A stretch of 64,000 bases of DNA from Candidatus Freyarchaeum deiterrae (GTDB lineage Archaea; Asgardarchaeota; Jordiarchaeia; Jordiarchaeales; Jordiarchaeaceae), in assembly GCA_037305845.1 (NCBI GenBank), contig CP147778.1:3040001-3104000 (forward strand). The letters run 5' to 3'. Positions within the stretch are counted from its first letter, which is position 1. Each line of letters opens with the position of its first letter. Under the pieces are notes generated by a model. It was not told where the DNA came from, searched no databases, and saw only the letters and a list, made by a program, of their open reading frames with translations. This document shows positions 18,768 to 29,041 of this stretch, one piece after another. The position numbers and the translations under genes are program-made.

Positions 18768-19421
18768 TTAGATTTCGAATACTTTTGTCTTGCAGTTTGG
18801 AGGGTTGTAGTTTTCAACTTTGATGTCGAAGCTTCTTTTTAAAATTGTTTCAGCTATTCCGGCGAAAATTAGAGTTCTAACGCAGGCGATGTTCCCAAAG
18901 ATGTCATAAACCCCCTCATTGCTAAGAGCTTGACACGCATCCATGAAGGAACATTTTCCACAAAGTTGCACATCAACATCCCCACTATCATGGTTTGTGA
19001 GAATCATCTCTTCGTCTTTCACGAAACCTATCTGAACTAGCAGAGCCTTGTATTTGGATAGGACATCGTAGAGACTTTTTGAACCTTTTAAGTACTCCGT
19101 CAGCCCTAATTTATCGACAAGAGCTTTCGGGCCTCCCTTCGCCAAACGTCTGGAAATCACTCCCGTGGAACCAATGGTTGTACTCTCCGCCTTTCCTATA
19201 CCGTAAATAAGAGCATTTTCAACCGGATACTCATCAACAATTCCAACAAGTTGATTCTCAAGGTCGTCTATCGTGTCGAAGTGTAATATGACATTGAAGT
19301 TATTCTGAACGTATTTTGAGGTTTGGTCTAGAACAATTTTCAGAACATCATCCATAATAATGGGCTCTTTCCTAATACCCTCTGCTATTGCTCTTAAAAT
19401 TTGCTCATTTCCTGCTGGCAT
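18768..19421 (-). CDS. V4R-like Cys-containing protein, paralog of 50279-50980
   Basis: CSFMDAC...ACVR...NCK; shares YP..NAL.YG..K.E....GSTGV with 50279. Confidence 0.6.
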   Translation of the reverse strand: MPAGNEQILRAIAEGIRKEPIIMDDVLKIVLDQTSKYVQNNFNVILHFDTIDDLENQLVGIVDEYPVENALIYGIGKAESTTIGSTGVISRRLAKGGPKALVDKLGLTEYLKGSKSLYDVLSKYKALLVQIGFVKDEEMILTNHDSGDVDVQLCGKCSFMDACQALSNEGVYDIFGNIACVRTLIFAGIAETILKRSFDIKVENYNPPNCKTKVFEI

Positions 19422-19814
19422 AAAATCATCTCTGTTTGTTCACTAATAACTTTCTAATTAAAGATAAACCACACAAATATATATTCATGACCTCTTTTAT
19501 TGAATGGCTTGATAAGACCACAGATGGAGCAATTCGATTAGATTCAAAAACTTCAGGTCTCATAGGACTTGAGGCTATCCTCCACTCGGACGTGATTTAA
19601 GGTGTTAAGACTAAAAATAATGTAGAGATTAATATTTTCTTAAACTTCTGTCAGGAGTGGTAGTTTTAACTCTCAGAATTGCCTAAGAAGAGCTTTTAAA
19701 ATTGCCCCTTTTAATTCCTATCCGTGAAATAATACGGCTAATATCTGTGCTGTTTGTTGAAAAAACTTGGATAAGCAATTTTAATAAAAAAAGAATTGAA
19801 GAAGAAATTATATT

Positions 19815-20363
19815 CTAATATCTTCTTCTACTATTTCTACTATCGCCTCTATCTCTACCGCCGCCGCCGCCTCTATCTCTACCGCCGCCGCCACCGCGAT
19901 AACCGCCGCCGCCACCGCGATAACCGCCGCCGCCGAATCCACCGGATCGGCTGTCACCGTATCTTGGACGGAAGGTTCGCTCCTGTTCATAGACTTTGTC
20001 GGAGAGATTATTGTCCAGTTTAACCTCGGCGGGAGCGTTTTCGTCGCTTTCTTCCATGCTTCCATATTTTCCTAGGTTCAGTCTCAAGGAGCCTTTGAAA
20101 ACAGTGGTGTACGCATTGGTTAGCTTGTAAACTTTATCAGTTTGCATTTTATCAATGTCGTCATTCCACAGGGTTAACAGTATGCTCCCCGTTTCGTCCC
20201 CTACTACAGCTTCGGTAACTCTCAAATTCTCGCCGGTTTTTTTCGAAACAATATCTCTTATCTCATTCTTTGAGTTGCATCTAACTTTTAGGTTGATGCT
20301 TCTGAGACCAGGTTTCAGCTCATCTACAATTTTAAATTCTTCGGATTTAGACATTTCACTCAT
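19815..20363 (-). CDS. Single OB-fold ssDNA-binding protein (SSB/RPA-like) with RGG/YRG tail
   Basis: VGDETGSILLTLW, NAYT.VFKG.LRLNLGKYG; C-terminal Gly/Arg repeats. Confidence 0.9.
   Translation of the reverse strand: MSEMSKSEEFKIVDELKPGLRSINLKVRCNSKNEIRDIVSKKTGENLRVTEAVVGDETGSILLTLWNDDIDKMQTDKVYKLTNAYTTVFKGSLRLNLGKYGSMEESDENAPAEVKLDNNLSDKVYEQERTFRPRYGDSRSGGFGGGGYRGGGGGYRGGGGGRDRGGGGGRDRGDSRNSRRRY
19845..19935. repeat. 21-bp tandem repeats encoding the RGG tail
   Basis: Units ccgccgccgcctctatctcta and ccgccgccgccaccgcgataa. Confidence 0.85.
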
Positions 20364-20579
20364 CTTTGCACAAACTTTCAGGAAAAGTAGAAAAAGGCTA
20401 TTCTAGAGCATATCTCCGCTTCGCGCATTTTTCTATTTTTCAAGCTAAGAGTATATTTAACCTTTTATAAACTTTACTAAACATCTGATTACGATGCTAA
20501 AAAACACAATTGTACTTTTAATTTATTGAAGCATAGAAGTAGCCTATGGGAACTGTTACATAGATGTCGTAATCTGGTT

Positions 20580-22226
20580 TTAACTTCCCTGAACCACTCT
20601 TTTTTCATTGTCTATATTGTAGAATAACCCTATGTTTTGTTCTCTCCCGATTGAAGCCTCCACTATTAGTCGGGCTACCAAGATTACGTTTCGTAGTTCT
20701 ATGAGGTCTTCGTTTAGTATGTAGTTCCAATAGTAGTGGCTTATGTCTTCATCAAGCAGGTTTAGGCGGCGTATAGCCCTTTGCAGCCTCAGGTCACTTC
20801 TAACTATTCCCACGTAGTTCCACATGAGGCGTCTAATTTCATCGAAATCGTGAGTTAGCAAGACTTTCTCATCTATAGGCTTATACTTGGAAGCGTCCCA
20901 GAGAGGCATCTCCTCCAATGGGATTTCAACCGGATTCTCCAGATATTTTAGGGAATCCAGATAGCTTCTATGTGCAAAGACTACAGACTCCAGCAGTGAA
21001 TTACTAGCAAGCCTATTTGCACCATGCAGCCCGGTGCAGGCAACCTCTCCAATAGCGTATAGACGATTAATAACCCGATTGGTATTATCCCTTCGAATAA
21101 CCTGCCCATTAATGTTAACGGCTACCCCTCCTACCATATAGTGCGCCGCTGGCACTACTGGAATCGGTTGTTTTGTTATGTCTATACCATACTTCAGGCA
21201 GGTATTGTAAATATGGGGAAAACGCTCCTTGACGTGTTCTTTGTCCAGGTGAAGTAGGTAGAGGTATACGTATCTGTCTCCGCTTCTTTTTAATTCTCTG
21301 TCTATGGCACGGGCGACTATGTCTCGTGTTGCGAGGCTTCCTCTTTCATCATATTCTTTCATGAAGGAGAATTTCTCAGGGTCTTCCTCTCCGGATTTTG
21401 AAAACTTTTCGTAATCACTGATGGTCATTAGTATTCCGCCTTCCCCTCTAACCGACTCTGATATGAGAAACGCGACTCTCTCCTGATCATAAAGGGTTGT
21501 GGGGTGGAACTGAACGAATTCAAGATCCTTAACCTTGGCTCCTACTCTATAGGCCATGGCTATTCCATCACCCGTGGAGATGCTGGGATTTGTGGTGTAT
21601 AAGTAAATCTGACCACAGCCCCCAGTAGCCAGAACCGTAACGTTAGCTAGATAGGTGCTTATCTCACCTGACTTCTTGTCGAATATGTAGGCTCCTAAGC
21701 ATTCGTCCTCCTTTCGGCTTAGCCCAAGTTTGCGAGTGGTAATCAGGTCAATGGACATCGCGTTTTCAATAGTCGTAACATTGGGGTGCTTCTCGCAGGC
21801 ATCGACCAGAGCCCTTTCAATAGCTGCCCCGGTAAGATCTGCCACATGGAGTATCCTCCTTTGGTGGTGTCCTCCCTCCATTGCCAAGTCAAATGAACCA
21901 TTCCCCGTTTTCTCAAATTTTACTCCGATATCAATTAACTCCTTCACTCTATCCGGAGCTTCTCTTACAACAGTGTCCACAACATCTAAATCGTTCAAAT
22001 AAGCCCCCGCTTCCAGGGTGTCCTTTATATGAGATTCGTAACTGTCTTGCTCCAAATCCATCACGGTGGCTATTCCACCCTGAGCATAATTAGTACTACC
22101 CTCTACACTCGACTTCTTAGTAACCACAGTAACCTTTCCATGGTTTCCAGCCTTGAGCGCGAGACTCAAACCCGCGATTCCCGACCCAATAATCAGAAAA
22201 TCTGTCCGCTGCCTCAAATTAGCCAC
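20580..22226 (-). CDS. nadB: L-aspartate oxidase
   Basis: GSGIAG, STNYAQGGIA, EGGH..RRILH, QFHPT, ISESVRGEG, LATRDIVAR, AAHY, GLHGANRLASNSLLE. Confidence 0.95.
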   Translation of the reverse strand: MANLRQRTDFLIIGSGIAGLSLALKAGNHGKVTVVTKKSSVEGSTNYAQGGIATVMDLEQDSYESHIKDTLEAGAYLNDLDVVDTVVREAPDRVKELIDIGVKFEKTGNGSFDLAMEGGHHQRRILHVADLTGAAIERALVDACEKHPNVTTIENAMSIDLITTRKLGLSRKEDECLGAYIFDKKSGEISTYLANVTVLATGGCGQIYLYTTNPSISTGDGIAMAYRVGAKVKDLEFVQFHPTTLYDQERVAFLISESVRGEGGILMTISDYEKFSKSGEEDPEKFSFMKEYDERGSLATRDIVARAIDRELKRSGDRYVYLYLLHLDKEHVKERFPHIYNTCLKYGIDITKQPIPVVPAAHYMVGGVAVNINGQVIRRDNTNRVINRLYAIGEVACTGLHGANRLASNSLLESVVFAHRSYLDSLKYLENPVEIPLEEMPLWDASKYKPIDEKVLLTHDFDEIRRLMWNYVGIVRSDLRLQRAIRRLNLLDEDISHYYWNYILNEDLIELRNVILVARLIVEASIGREQNIGLFYNIDNEKRVVQGS

Positions 22227-22356
22227 CCTCCAAAGCGGAAGTCTCTCATAGAATTTTCATATCCTAAGTTTGAATAAAAGTTAAATTACCATTAAAGAGG
22301 AAATATATAAATGAAATGGTCTAACTAAGTATTGCCAGAGTTGGAGGGCAGAACTC

Positions 22357-23178
22357 TTGGAACTTAAGCAATTCGATTTGGAAGACATAAAGAGTCTCAG
22401 AGAAGCAAGAATGAAGGAGCTGAGAATACCTTTAGTTGTTGATTTATTAGAGCAAGCAGTAAAAAAGGGTACTTGCTGGGGTCTCAATCGGAGGGATGAG
22501 ACAATATGTTACTGGATTAACTTGGAAGAGGCCTTTGCTCCGTTGTACGAAAATAGCATCATAGAGCTTTACGTTAAAATGGGATACCGGACGCTAATTG
22601 ACGAGATTTTCCATCTAATAACCAAGCAGTCCAAAACTAATAGAATATATCTGCGTACCGACGAAACCTTCTTGATATCCTTTCTTCTAGAAAAAGGCTA
22701 TAATTTTGAGGTGGTGGGCCCCCTTCTATTGAGGGAGAAAAAAGTAGACGCGGAGCATCAAGAAAATTTGGAGTTCAAGCCAATATCTGAGAAGACACTT
22801 GATGAGGCATTCAAAATACTTCTCAATGAAGAGCCAGATAACGCGGGAGTAAAAGAAGACGATTACCCCCGCATAAAATCAGAGATCGGCAAGGACTCTT
22901 ACTGGACTTTAATTCGGGAAGGCATTGTAACAGGGGTAGCATTCTGGACAAAACAAAAGAACAGTAATTATACAACAATATTCCCTGTAGTACATAGAAA
23001 ATATAGGAAGCAGGATTACGGCTTCTACATGATATCAAAATTAGCCGATTACCTAGAGAGCAAAGGGTACCAACCCGTCTCGTATATGAACCAATTTAAC
23101 ATACCAGCGAGAAAAGCTTTCGAAAAATCGGGTTTCTATGTAGCAGCGCTCCACACCCTACTTCGTCTCACTCCATGA
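22357..23178 (+). CDS. Tandem GNAT-fold acetyltransferase
   Basis: VHRKYRKQDYG and NIPARKAFEKSGF acetyl-CoA motifs in the C-terminal domain. Confidence 0.75.
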   Translation: MELKQFDLEDIKSLREARMKELRIPLVVDLLEQAVKKGTCWGLNRRDETICYWINLEEAFAPLYENSIIELYVKMGYRTLIDEIFHLITKQSKTNRIYLRTDETFLISFLLEKGYNFEVVGPLLLREKKVDAEHQENLEFKPISEKTLDEAFKILLNEEPDNAGVKEDDYPRIKSEIGKDSYWTLIREGIVTGVAFWTKQKNSNYTTIFPVVHRKYRKQDYGFYMISKLADYLESKGYQPVSYMNQFNIPARKAFEKSGFYVAALHTLLRLTP

Positions 23179-23499
23179 CAAAGCCAAAAAACACATACCC
23201 CGGACCATAAGTTAGGAACGCATTATTACATGCAGAGAATCCCCGCAAAGGCTCCCAAAGCTTTTATCCCCTCTCAATTCTTAGTTCTCATAGTTAATTT
23301 TATTACGCTTGATTCTAATTTAAGTTTGAAACTATCCTTGTCTGCTTTCCTCTCTTAGTAGGTCCGCGATAACTTTCTAAAAAGGGAAGGTTTGCAGAAC
23401 TGGTTGTAAGACTGGGGGAATATTAATTTATATTAAAACGTAACCAATATAAATATATAAATTATTTTAAAGTTATATCTCGTAAAGGAGAGTGACTTT

Positions 23500-25890
23500 G
23501 TGGCGGAGACGGTCACATTCCTTGTGATGGGGATACCTTCCGAGAAGCTTGTTGAACTTATAGAGCCCAATCTTGATTGGTGGAATAAGAAGAGATTTGG
23601 TGTATTTCTTGAACTTTTTAAGAAAGAGTTGAAAAATGTCGACGAGGGCACCCAAAGAATTATTCTCGGCAAGCTTAACGAGAACACTTTATCTGAAGTT
23701 TTTGGGTTAGCGGTGAACATTTTCCCAATTCAGGATGCTTTACTGCCTACAGGGGAAGTTGATCTTCTAGAATTAAACAGAGTGGTTCCAGAAACCTTAA
23801 CTCACAGCCTCCTGAATGTTTTGTCCCTTTATGGAGATTTGGGTGATCTTAAGGTTGTTGGTGAGGCTTTCAGGATTTCGATTAAAAACTTTAGAGAAAA
23901 ACTCTTCGGTTCGCTGAGCAGCCCGGGATTATCGAAAATTATGGAGGAGCTCGTTAACATAGACCCGGAAAATTACGTTATTTTTTCATCGAGTTTTGAA
24001 AAAGCACAGGCTGGTGGGGTTCATGTGGAAGGGCTTGGAAAGAGGAGCGGGAGCGTACCTGAATTCACCCCCAGTGTGGTGAAACCTGAATCGGAGATTA
24101 GGAAACTTTTTAAATTGCCTAATAATGTCATTAGAATTCCGGGAATAGGCGAAAGCAACCAAATTAAGGATGAGCGTGTTCTCAATATTTCGGAGTTTCC
24201 TTGCTTTTTTGAAGGAAAAGAGTCAAAAGATTTGAGAGCAGAAAATCTGAAGAGCAGTTTCTGCAAAATACTTCTTCCACTAAATCCCAGTATTACTGAC
24301 GTGTTAGACGATGCTGATTTTCGCGAAAGCTTGTTAGAGATAGAAAAGATACATCTAAATCAGCTTACCAGCCAGATGGTTTACGATCCAGACCCTTTCC
24401 GATTTATGGAGAAAGAAGAAAAATTAAGAGTGCTAGTTTTCTTAGAGCACTTGAAGAGAGATATCATCAATCCCCTTAGCACAGAAAATAAGAACGCGTT
24501 ATTAACCCTCCTCTCTATTATTGAGGGGAGAATAATTCCCTGCGAACGCACTTTAAACGAACTGTTAACAATTAAACCGGTCAGGAATAAACCACTACAA
24601 TTCGAGTACTACTCCCAACTGGGACATCACTTCCTACTGAACGGGGATCTAGAAAAATCTGAGGAGAGCATTAGGGAGGCTCATTCACACGCGGAAGATG
24701 GGGATCAGGCTATTTTTCTACAAATTCTAGAGGCATTGATAAAAATTAGGAAGGAAGAATTTGTTGAGGCTGTCGAACAGTTACGTAAATGCTACAGGAA
24801 TACTGATACGCCTAAACTAAAAGGAGTCTCATTATACTATACCGGGATGGTATATTATACTCTAGAGGGTTTTCAAGAGGCTTACCAATTTTTCGAAGAT
24901 GCGCAGAGTTTGCTAAAAGCTGATTATGATATTGCTGCTATTCAGGGTAAAAGCGGAGCCTGTGCAATAAATCTCAAAATGTACGAGGAAGCCTTTCAAG
25001 AATTTAAGAAACTTGAGTACCTTCTTAAAAATATGAACCATAAAGAGTTCTCAGCCGCCGCCTATGAGGCACTTGGAAGCGTGCTCTCAATCACGGAGAA
25101 TTTTGATGAAGCCCTGAAGTATTATGGAATGGCTTTAGTAATAGACCAAGAACTAAAAGATGACAAATCCATTTCGGAGGACTACAGCAATATTGGAACA
25201 TTCTATTACAAGAAGAGGAGGCTTGATGACGCCTTAAAGTACTACGCGAGGGCACTAGAAATTAAAAAGAAAATGAACGACAAACGAAAAACAGCCATGG
25301 AATACAATAATATGGGGGTCGCTCTAAAAGCGAAAGGCAACTTAAGCGGAGCCCTACAGCACTTCGAGCAGGCCCTAAAACTGAATGAAGAGATAGGAAG
25401 CACACAAGCCGTGGCAACTAATTGTAGTAACATCGCCTTGGTTTTGAGGGAATCAGGTAAGGGAAAGGAAGCTTTCACTTATCTTGAAAGAGCATCTAGT
25501 TTAAACGAAGAACTAGGAAACCTCGAAATGGAGGCGGAGAACTACACCGAAATGGGCAAAATTAGGGCTGATGAAAAAGATTTAGATTCATCCCTAGAAT
25601 TTTTCGAGAAAGCTCTCAAGATTAACAAAGACCTCGGAAACAAGGAGGAGATAATAGAAGACTATTCTAACATGGGATTAATTCTAATGGCTAAGGGCGA
25701 AATCCATAGCGCGGTCGCCTACTTCGAACTCTGTCTCAAACTCTCAGAAGAAATAAATTACCTTAAGTGGTCGGAATCAGCACTCCCCACAATATTCAAA
25801 TCTTATAGCTTTCTAAAGAAAAAGGAACCCGGAAAAACCTTCTATCTCAGAATACTCGAAAAATTCCCACAACTAGCCAAACAATTATAA
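23500..25890 (+). CDS. Large protein: unrecognised N-terminal region plus C-terminal ~40-aa TPR repeats
   Basis: YSNIG/YNNMG/CSNIA/YSNMG repeats with ALxIxxELG spacing. Confidence 0.85.
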   Translation: MAETVTFLVMGIPSEKLVELIEPNLDWWNKKRFGVFLELFKKELKNVDEGTQRIILGKLNENTLSEVFGLAVNIFPIQDALLPTGEVDLLELNRVVPETLTHSLLNVLSLYGDLGDLKVVGEAFRISIKNFREKLFGSLSSPGLSKIMEELVNIDPENYVIFSSSFEKAQAGGVHVEGLGKRSGSVPEFTPSVVKPESEIRKLFKLPNNVIRIPGIGESNQIKDERVLNISEFPCFFEGKESKDLRAENLKSSFCKILLPLNPSITDVLDDADFRESLLEIEKIHLNQLTSQMVYDPDPFRFMEKEEKLRVLVFLEHLKRDIINPLSTENKNALLTLLSIIEGRIIPCERTLNELLTIKPVRNKPLQFEYYSQLGHHFLLNGDLEKSEESIREAHSHAEDGDQAIFLQILEALIKIRKEEFVEAVEQLRKCYRNTDTPKLKGVSLYYTGMVYYTLEGFQEAYQFFEDAQSLLKADYDIAAIQGKSGACAINLKMYEEAFQEFKKLEYLLKNMNHKEFSAAAYEALGSVLSITENFDEALKYYGMALVIDQELKDDKSISEDYSNIGTFYYKKRRLDDALKYYARALEIKKKMNDKRKTAMEYNNMGVALKAKGNLSGALQHFEQALKLNEEIGSTQAVATNCSNIALVLRESGKGKEAFTYLERASSLNEELGNLEMEAENYTEMGKIRADEKDLDSSLEFFEKALKINKDLGNKEEIIEDYSNMGLILMAKGEIHSAVAYFELCLKLSEEINYLKWSESALPTIFKSYSFLKKKEPGKTFYLRILEKFPQLAKQL

Positions 25891-26136
25891 TTAACGCCTA
25901 AAATACCTAAAATTCGAACAATTTTTGACAAAACCTTTTCAGTTAGTAATATAATTACAAATAATTTTAGATTAAATTAGCTAAGAAATTAACATATTGC
26001 CCTCTTTTTTTCAAAATTTTAATTTTGAGGAATACTTTTTTGTGTTGTTGCCATTTAAAGAAATCTTAAATATTGTAAAATTAACGTATTATATCAGAAG
26101 TATAATCACGTTATAGCTTGTTCTGGTGACCGTGGA

Positions 26137-26514
26137 TTGGACTTAACACTTTCAGAGCTACAAAAGCGTCTAGATACTGCACATTTTAGGCTCCATTGCA
26201 AGGTAATAGACATCAGCGAACTATCTGAAATAGTCACCAGTTTTACTGCTAAGGAACTGATGGAGATATTCATAAAGGCGGTTACATCAGAAGATGAAGA
26301 TATTACTAACCAATTATTGTGTAAGTTGCTCGCTGCTATGTGGGTTTTTCACGATTTAGGAATGATCAAATTCGAAAAGAGAACCGATGGATTGGCAATC
26401 ACATTACAGGAAATGATTCTAAACAACCAAAAAAAACTCGCAGCCAGACTAATACCAATCCTGGAACACATAACCGAATACTTGAGTGAAGAGACGATTT
26501 CAATTATCAAATAA
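26137..26514 (+). CDS. Hypothetical helical protein
   Basis: 125-aa ORF with GGTGA SD and upstream TATA; no recognised motif. Confidence 0.65.
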   Translation: MDLTLSELQKRLDTAHFRLHCKVIDISELSEIVTSFTAKELMEIFIKAVTSEDEDITNQLLCKLLAAMWVFHDLGMIKFEKRTDGLAITLQEMILNNQKKLAARLIPILEHITEYLSEETISIIK

Positions 26515-26666
26515 ATATGTGAAACGGCACTTTTTTCACAACAATACTAATAAAAAACTCTTTTTACACCTTCTATGTTATTTTCCCTTCTGGTAATACT
26601 ATCGCAACACCAGTCATCTGTTAAAATCAACTTCCGCTATTATACTTGAAGAGTGTTATTTCTTTA

Positions 26667-27608
26667 CTATTCTTTCTTTCCTTTCCTCCTTTTTCTTCTC
26701 TCCTCCCTCTTCTCCTTTCTTCTCTTCATTTTTTCTTCACTCTTTTCTCTTTTTCTTGGAATTTCTTCTTCACAGGGTACGGCTGTTTGACATAACCCGC
26801 AGGCGTAGATATTGATACCGTATTTTTCTTTAATCATCGGAAGCTGTTTGAACACGAACTCTTGGCATTTATTCTTGTCATGTCCTTCTTCGGTAATTGC
26901 CCCAGCGGGGCATCTTTTTGCACACCTTTTACAACTTCCCCTTTGGAAAAAGATGCAATCTCGATGAATATCAGTAGTTCTCTCCGGAGAATCTAACGGT
27001 TGGTTCACAACGACACTGCCGACTCGGTGTGCCTTCCCCTTCTCGGTGATTAACCCATCTGAAAGGCCGAAGGTGCCCAAATTCGCGGCGAAGGCTACAT
27101 GACGTTGAGACCAGGGGGAAGCCCATCCGACCTTTTCGTCCTTCAGCATTCGAAAAATGCTTGGTTCGAGTTCGGGTGCTACAGCGAAATATCCTTTTTC
27201 TTCGAGAACGGAAACCATATGAGCTTCAAGCTTTCGGTTAAACTCTTCACCGAAAAGGCGAGTGTGTGCCCAACGCTTAGAGGGCTTATCCTTCATGCTG
27301 GCATTCTCTTTTCTCGTCTTCTTGGAGATGGGAAGTATGTACGAGATGACGCCAATATCGTTTTCAGAAGGAATAGGTACACCTCTCTCCTTGGCTATTT
27401 TTGCCATAGCCTCGTATGGAGTAAGGTGGAACTCCCCAATAACCTCTTTAAGTTTGCGGAATAGGGGGTCATTCCCCGCTACAAATCCGACCAAAGGTTC
27501 CTCAAAAATTGGAGAACCATCCAACTGTTTCAGCCGATTTCCGGGGTCTTCACTCACAAATTTTTTTATTTCTTCAGTTATCCAATTTTTGAATTCTTCC
27601 ACGTCCAT
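26667..27608 (-). CDS. QueG/reductive-dehalogenase-like 4Fe-4S protein with basic C-terminal tail
   Basis: WSQRHVAFAANLGTFG, CxxCxxxCP, CGLCQTAVPC; Lys/Arg-rich tail. Confidence 0.85.
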   Translation of the reverse strand: MDVEEFKNWITEEIKKFVSEDPGNRLKQLDGSPIFEEPLVGFVAGNDPLFRKLKEVIGEFHLTPYEAMAKIAKERGVPIPSENDIGVISYILPISKKTRKENASMKDKPSKRWAHTRLFGEEFNRKLEAHMVSVLEEKGYFAVAPELEPSIFRMLKDEKVGWASPWSQRHVAFAANLGTFGLSDGLITEKGKAHRVGSVVVNQPLDSPERTTDIHRDCIFFQRGSCKRCAKRCPAGAITEEGHDKNKCQEFVFKQLPMIKEKYGINIYACGLCQTAVPCEEEIPRKREKSEEKMKRRKEKREERRKRRKGKKE

Positions 27609-27758
27609 TACAGTTTCCTCATTCTGAATATTTAATTTCGTTTTTTCCTAGTTGTTTTCTTTCCTTTCTAAGTTGCGCAAGTTTTTTATGATTATGCTAT
27701 GGGTCTAGTTTAAGAGAGTTGTGACATCATAACATATTAAAGGGTTTAATAATGCTTT

Positions 27759-28559
27759 TTGGAGGTTGTTTGTTTGGGTTATGAAACAATATTGTATGAG
27801 AAGATTGACGGAGTGGGTAAGATAACCCTGAATAGACCGGACAAGATGAACGCCATGAATTTTCAGATGGTTGATGAACTGGTTGACGTTCTGGACGAAA
27901 TCGATCTCGACGATGAGGTGAGAGCTGTTATAATTACCGGAACCGGCAAATCCTTCTGTTCCGGCGCTGAACTGACAGAGCTCGGAGCCCGCCCCAATCC
28001 GTTCGACTCAATAACCTTCATGCGTTCCTTTGTGCAAAGACTGATAATTGCACTAAGGAGCTTAGAAAAACCGGTTATAGCCGCTGTTAACGGTTACGCT
28101 CTGGGTATCGGCTGCGGTCTGTCACTAGCTTGCGATATCAGGATAGCCTCTGAGGACGCCAAGTTTAGTGAAAGATTTGTGAGAATAGGCATACTCCCCG
28201 GAGATGGAGATATTTACATTTTACCCTTGCTAGTAGGTTTGGGAAGAGCCAGTGAACTTTTGTTCACGGGTGACGACATTGATGGTAAAGAAGCGGAGAG
28301 GATAGGACTAGTTAATCGATGTGTTCCATCCAAAAAACTCGAAGAAGAATCAGGAGCCCTAGCTCAGAAACTGGCGAGTGGAGCCACGAGAGCCATTGCT
28401 GCAACCAAAGCCGCACTAAACAGAAGAATCCTACCTCAGCTCAAAGAAGAATTAGAGTACGTCGCCCTGCAGCAAACTCTGTTGTTCCAGACCGAAGACC
28501 ATAGCGAAGCCCTAAAAGCAATAGAGGAAAAGAGAAAACCCGTATTCAAAGGAAAATAA
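27759..28559 (+). CDS. Enoyl-CoA hydratase/isomerase family protein
   Basis: ITLNRPDKMNA, FCSGAEL, KPVIAAVNG.ALG.G, ACDIRIA. Confidence 0.93.
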   Translation: MEVVCLGYETILYEKIDGVGKITLNRPDKMNAMNFQMVDELVDVLDEIDLDDEVRAVIITGTGKSFCSGAELTELGARPNPFDSITFMRSFVQRLIIALRSLEKPVIAAVNGYALGIGCGLSLACDIRIASEDAKFSERFVRIGILPGDGDIYILPLLVGLGRASELLFTGDDIDGKEAERIGLVNRCVPSKKLEEESGALAQKLASGATRAIAATKAALNRRILPQLKEELEYVALQQTLLFQTEDHSEALKAIEEKRKPVFKGK

Positions 28560-28766
28560 CCACCACAAAATATTAAAAGAAGTTAGCACCAAAAAAACCT
28601 GAATTATAGCAATTGCTACTGAATTAATTTCATCCAGTCTACTTTATTTAGTGGATAAAAAAGAATTAACGACTCGAGTTCCCATATTAGGTATATTTAA
28701 ATAATGGAAGCACGCCAAAATACTTTTCTTAAGTAGAGACTGTACAAATCTGCAACTAAAGGAGAA

Positions 28767-29018
28767 GTGATTACTCTGCCTTATTTCTGTAGGGTTTGTG
28801 GCAAACGCATTAAAGGAATCGGCAGCGAAGCCAAACACATATCCGAATGGGCGATGGCCTTCACTAAGGGGAAGACCCACTGGAGATACAAAAAGCATTA
28901 TGATTTTCTGGTGAGAAACCACAGTTCATTTGATTACGAGGAAGTAAAAAAATTAATCGAAGAAATGGATTCCAAAACCCTGACAGATAAGAACCAAGCA
29001 CGAACTCCAAAGAAATGA
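28767..29018 (+). CDS. Small putative Zn-finger protein
   Basis: CRVC...H...H; AAGGAG SD. Confidence 0.55.
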   Translation: MITLPYFCRVCGKRIKGIGSEAKHISEWAMAFTKGKTHWRYKKHYDFLVRNHSSFDYEEVKKLIEEMDSKTLTDKNQARTPKK

Positions 29019-29041
29019 ATGAAAATAGGAACTGAAGTTAA

